From: an uncultured Alphaproteobacteria bacterium
GTDB lineage: Bacteria; Pseudomonadota; Alphaproteobacteria; HIMB59
Assembly (NCBI GenBank): GCA_902591315.1
Contig: CACJAI010000005.1
Span: 11,392 to 75,391 of the forward strand
DNA: 64,000 nucleotides
Direction: 5' to 3'
The translations under genes were made by a program, and so were the position numbers. The notes beneath the pieces were generated by a model. It was not told the origin of the DNA. It did not search any database and saw only the letters and a list, made by a program, of their open reading frames with translations. Of this stretch, positions 61,657-64,000 are shown piece after piece (within the stretch, counting starts at the first letter, position 1; each line of letters starts with the position of its first letter).

Positions 61657-64000
<2,344 letters not shown>

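Overview
Very AT-rich, extremely compact chromosome segment of a streamlined alphaproteobacterium, probably marine (SAR11/HIMB59-like composition; E1alpha/E1beta-type PDH). Bases 1-37,300 are core genes in recognisable alphaproteobacterial order with several usual neighbours absent: uppS-cdsA-dxr-bamA-lpxD-fabZ-lpxA-lpxI-lpxB; gltA-gltX-lexA-moeA-moaC-trpCDGE-ppiD; tpiA-secG-pyrG-kdsA-eno-ftsB-pdhABC-lpd-lipA; ispDF; ntrY-ntrX-trkA. Bases 37,300-64,000 are more accessory: a purine/nucleoside BMP-type ABC transporter with gpt, a DUF1015-serC-serA operon, tRNA-Pro and tRNA-Arg flanking a Liv-type ABC transporter, a four-gene glucosylglycerate synthesis and recycling cluster, a secreted alginate-lyase-like protein, a metY/hydrolase/GFA operon and guaB-guaA. 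Items not visible in the ORF track: a 29-aa antisense membrane-peptide ORF exactly filling the gap before DUF1015, a frameshift in cdsA, ultra-short divergent regions with palindromic -10 elements (probable bidirectional, leaderless promoters), a head-to-head start overlap of ispDF and ntrY, two tRNAs, and the partial guaA. No CRISPR array, IS, integrase or prophage was seen. All calls come from motif recognition by eye; no database searches were run.
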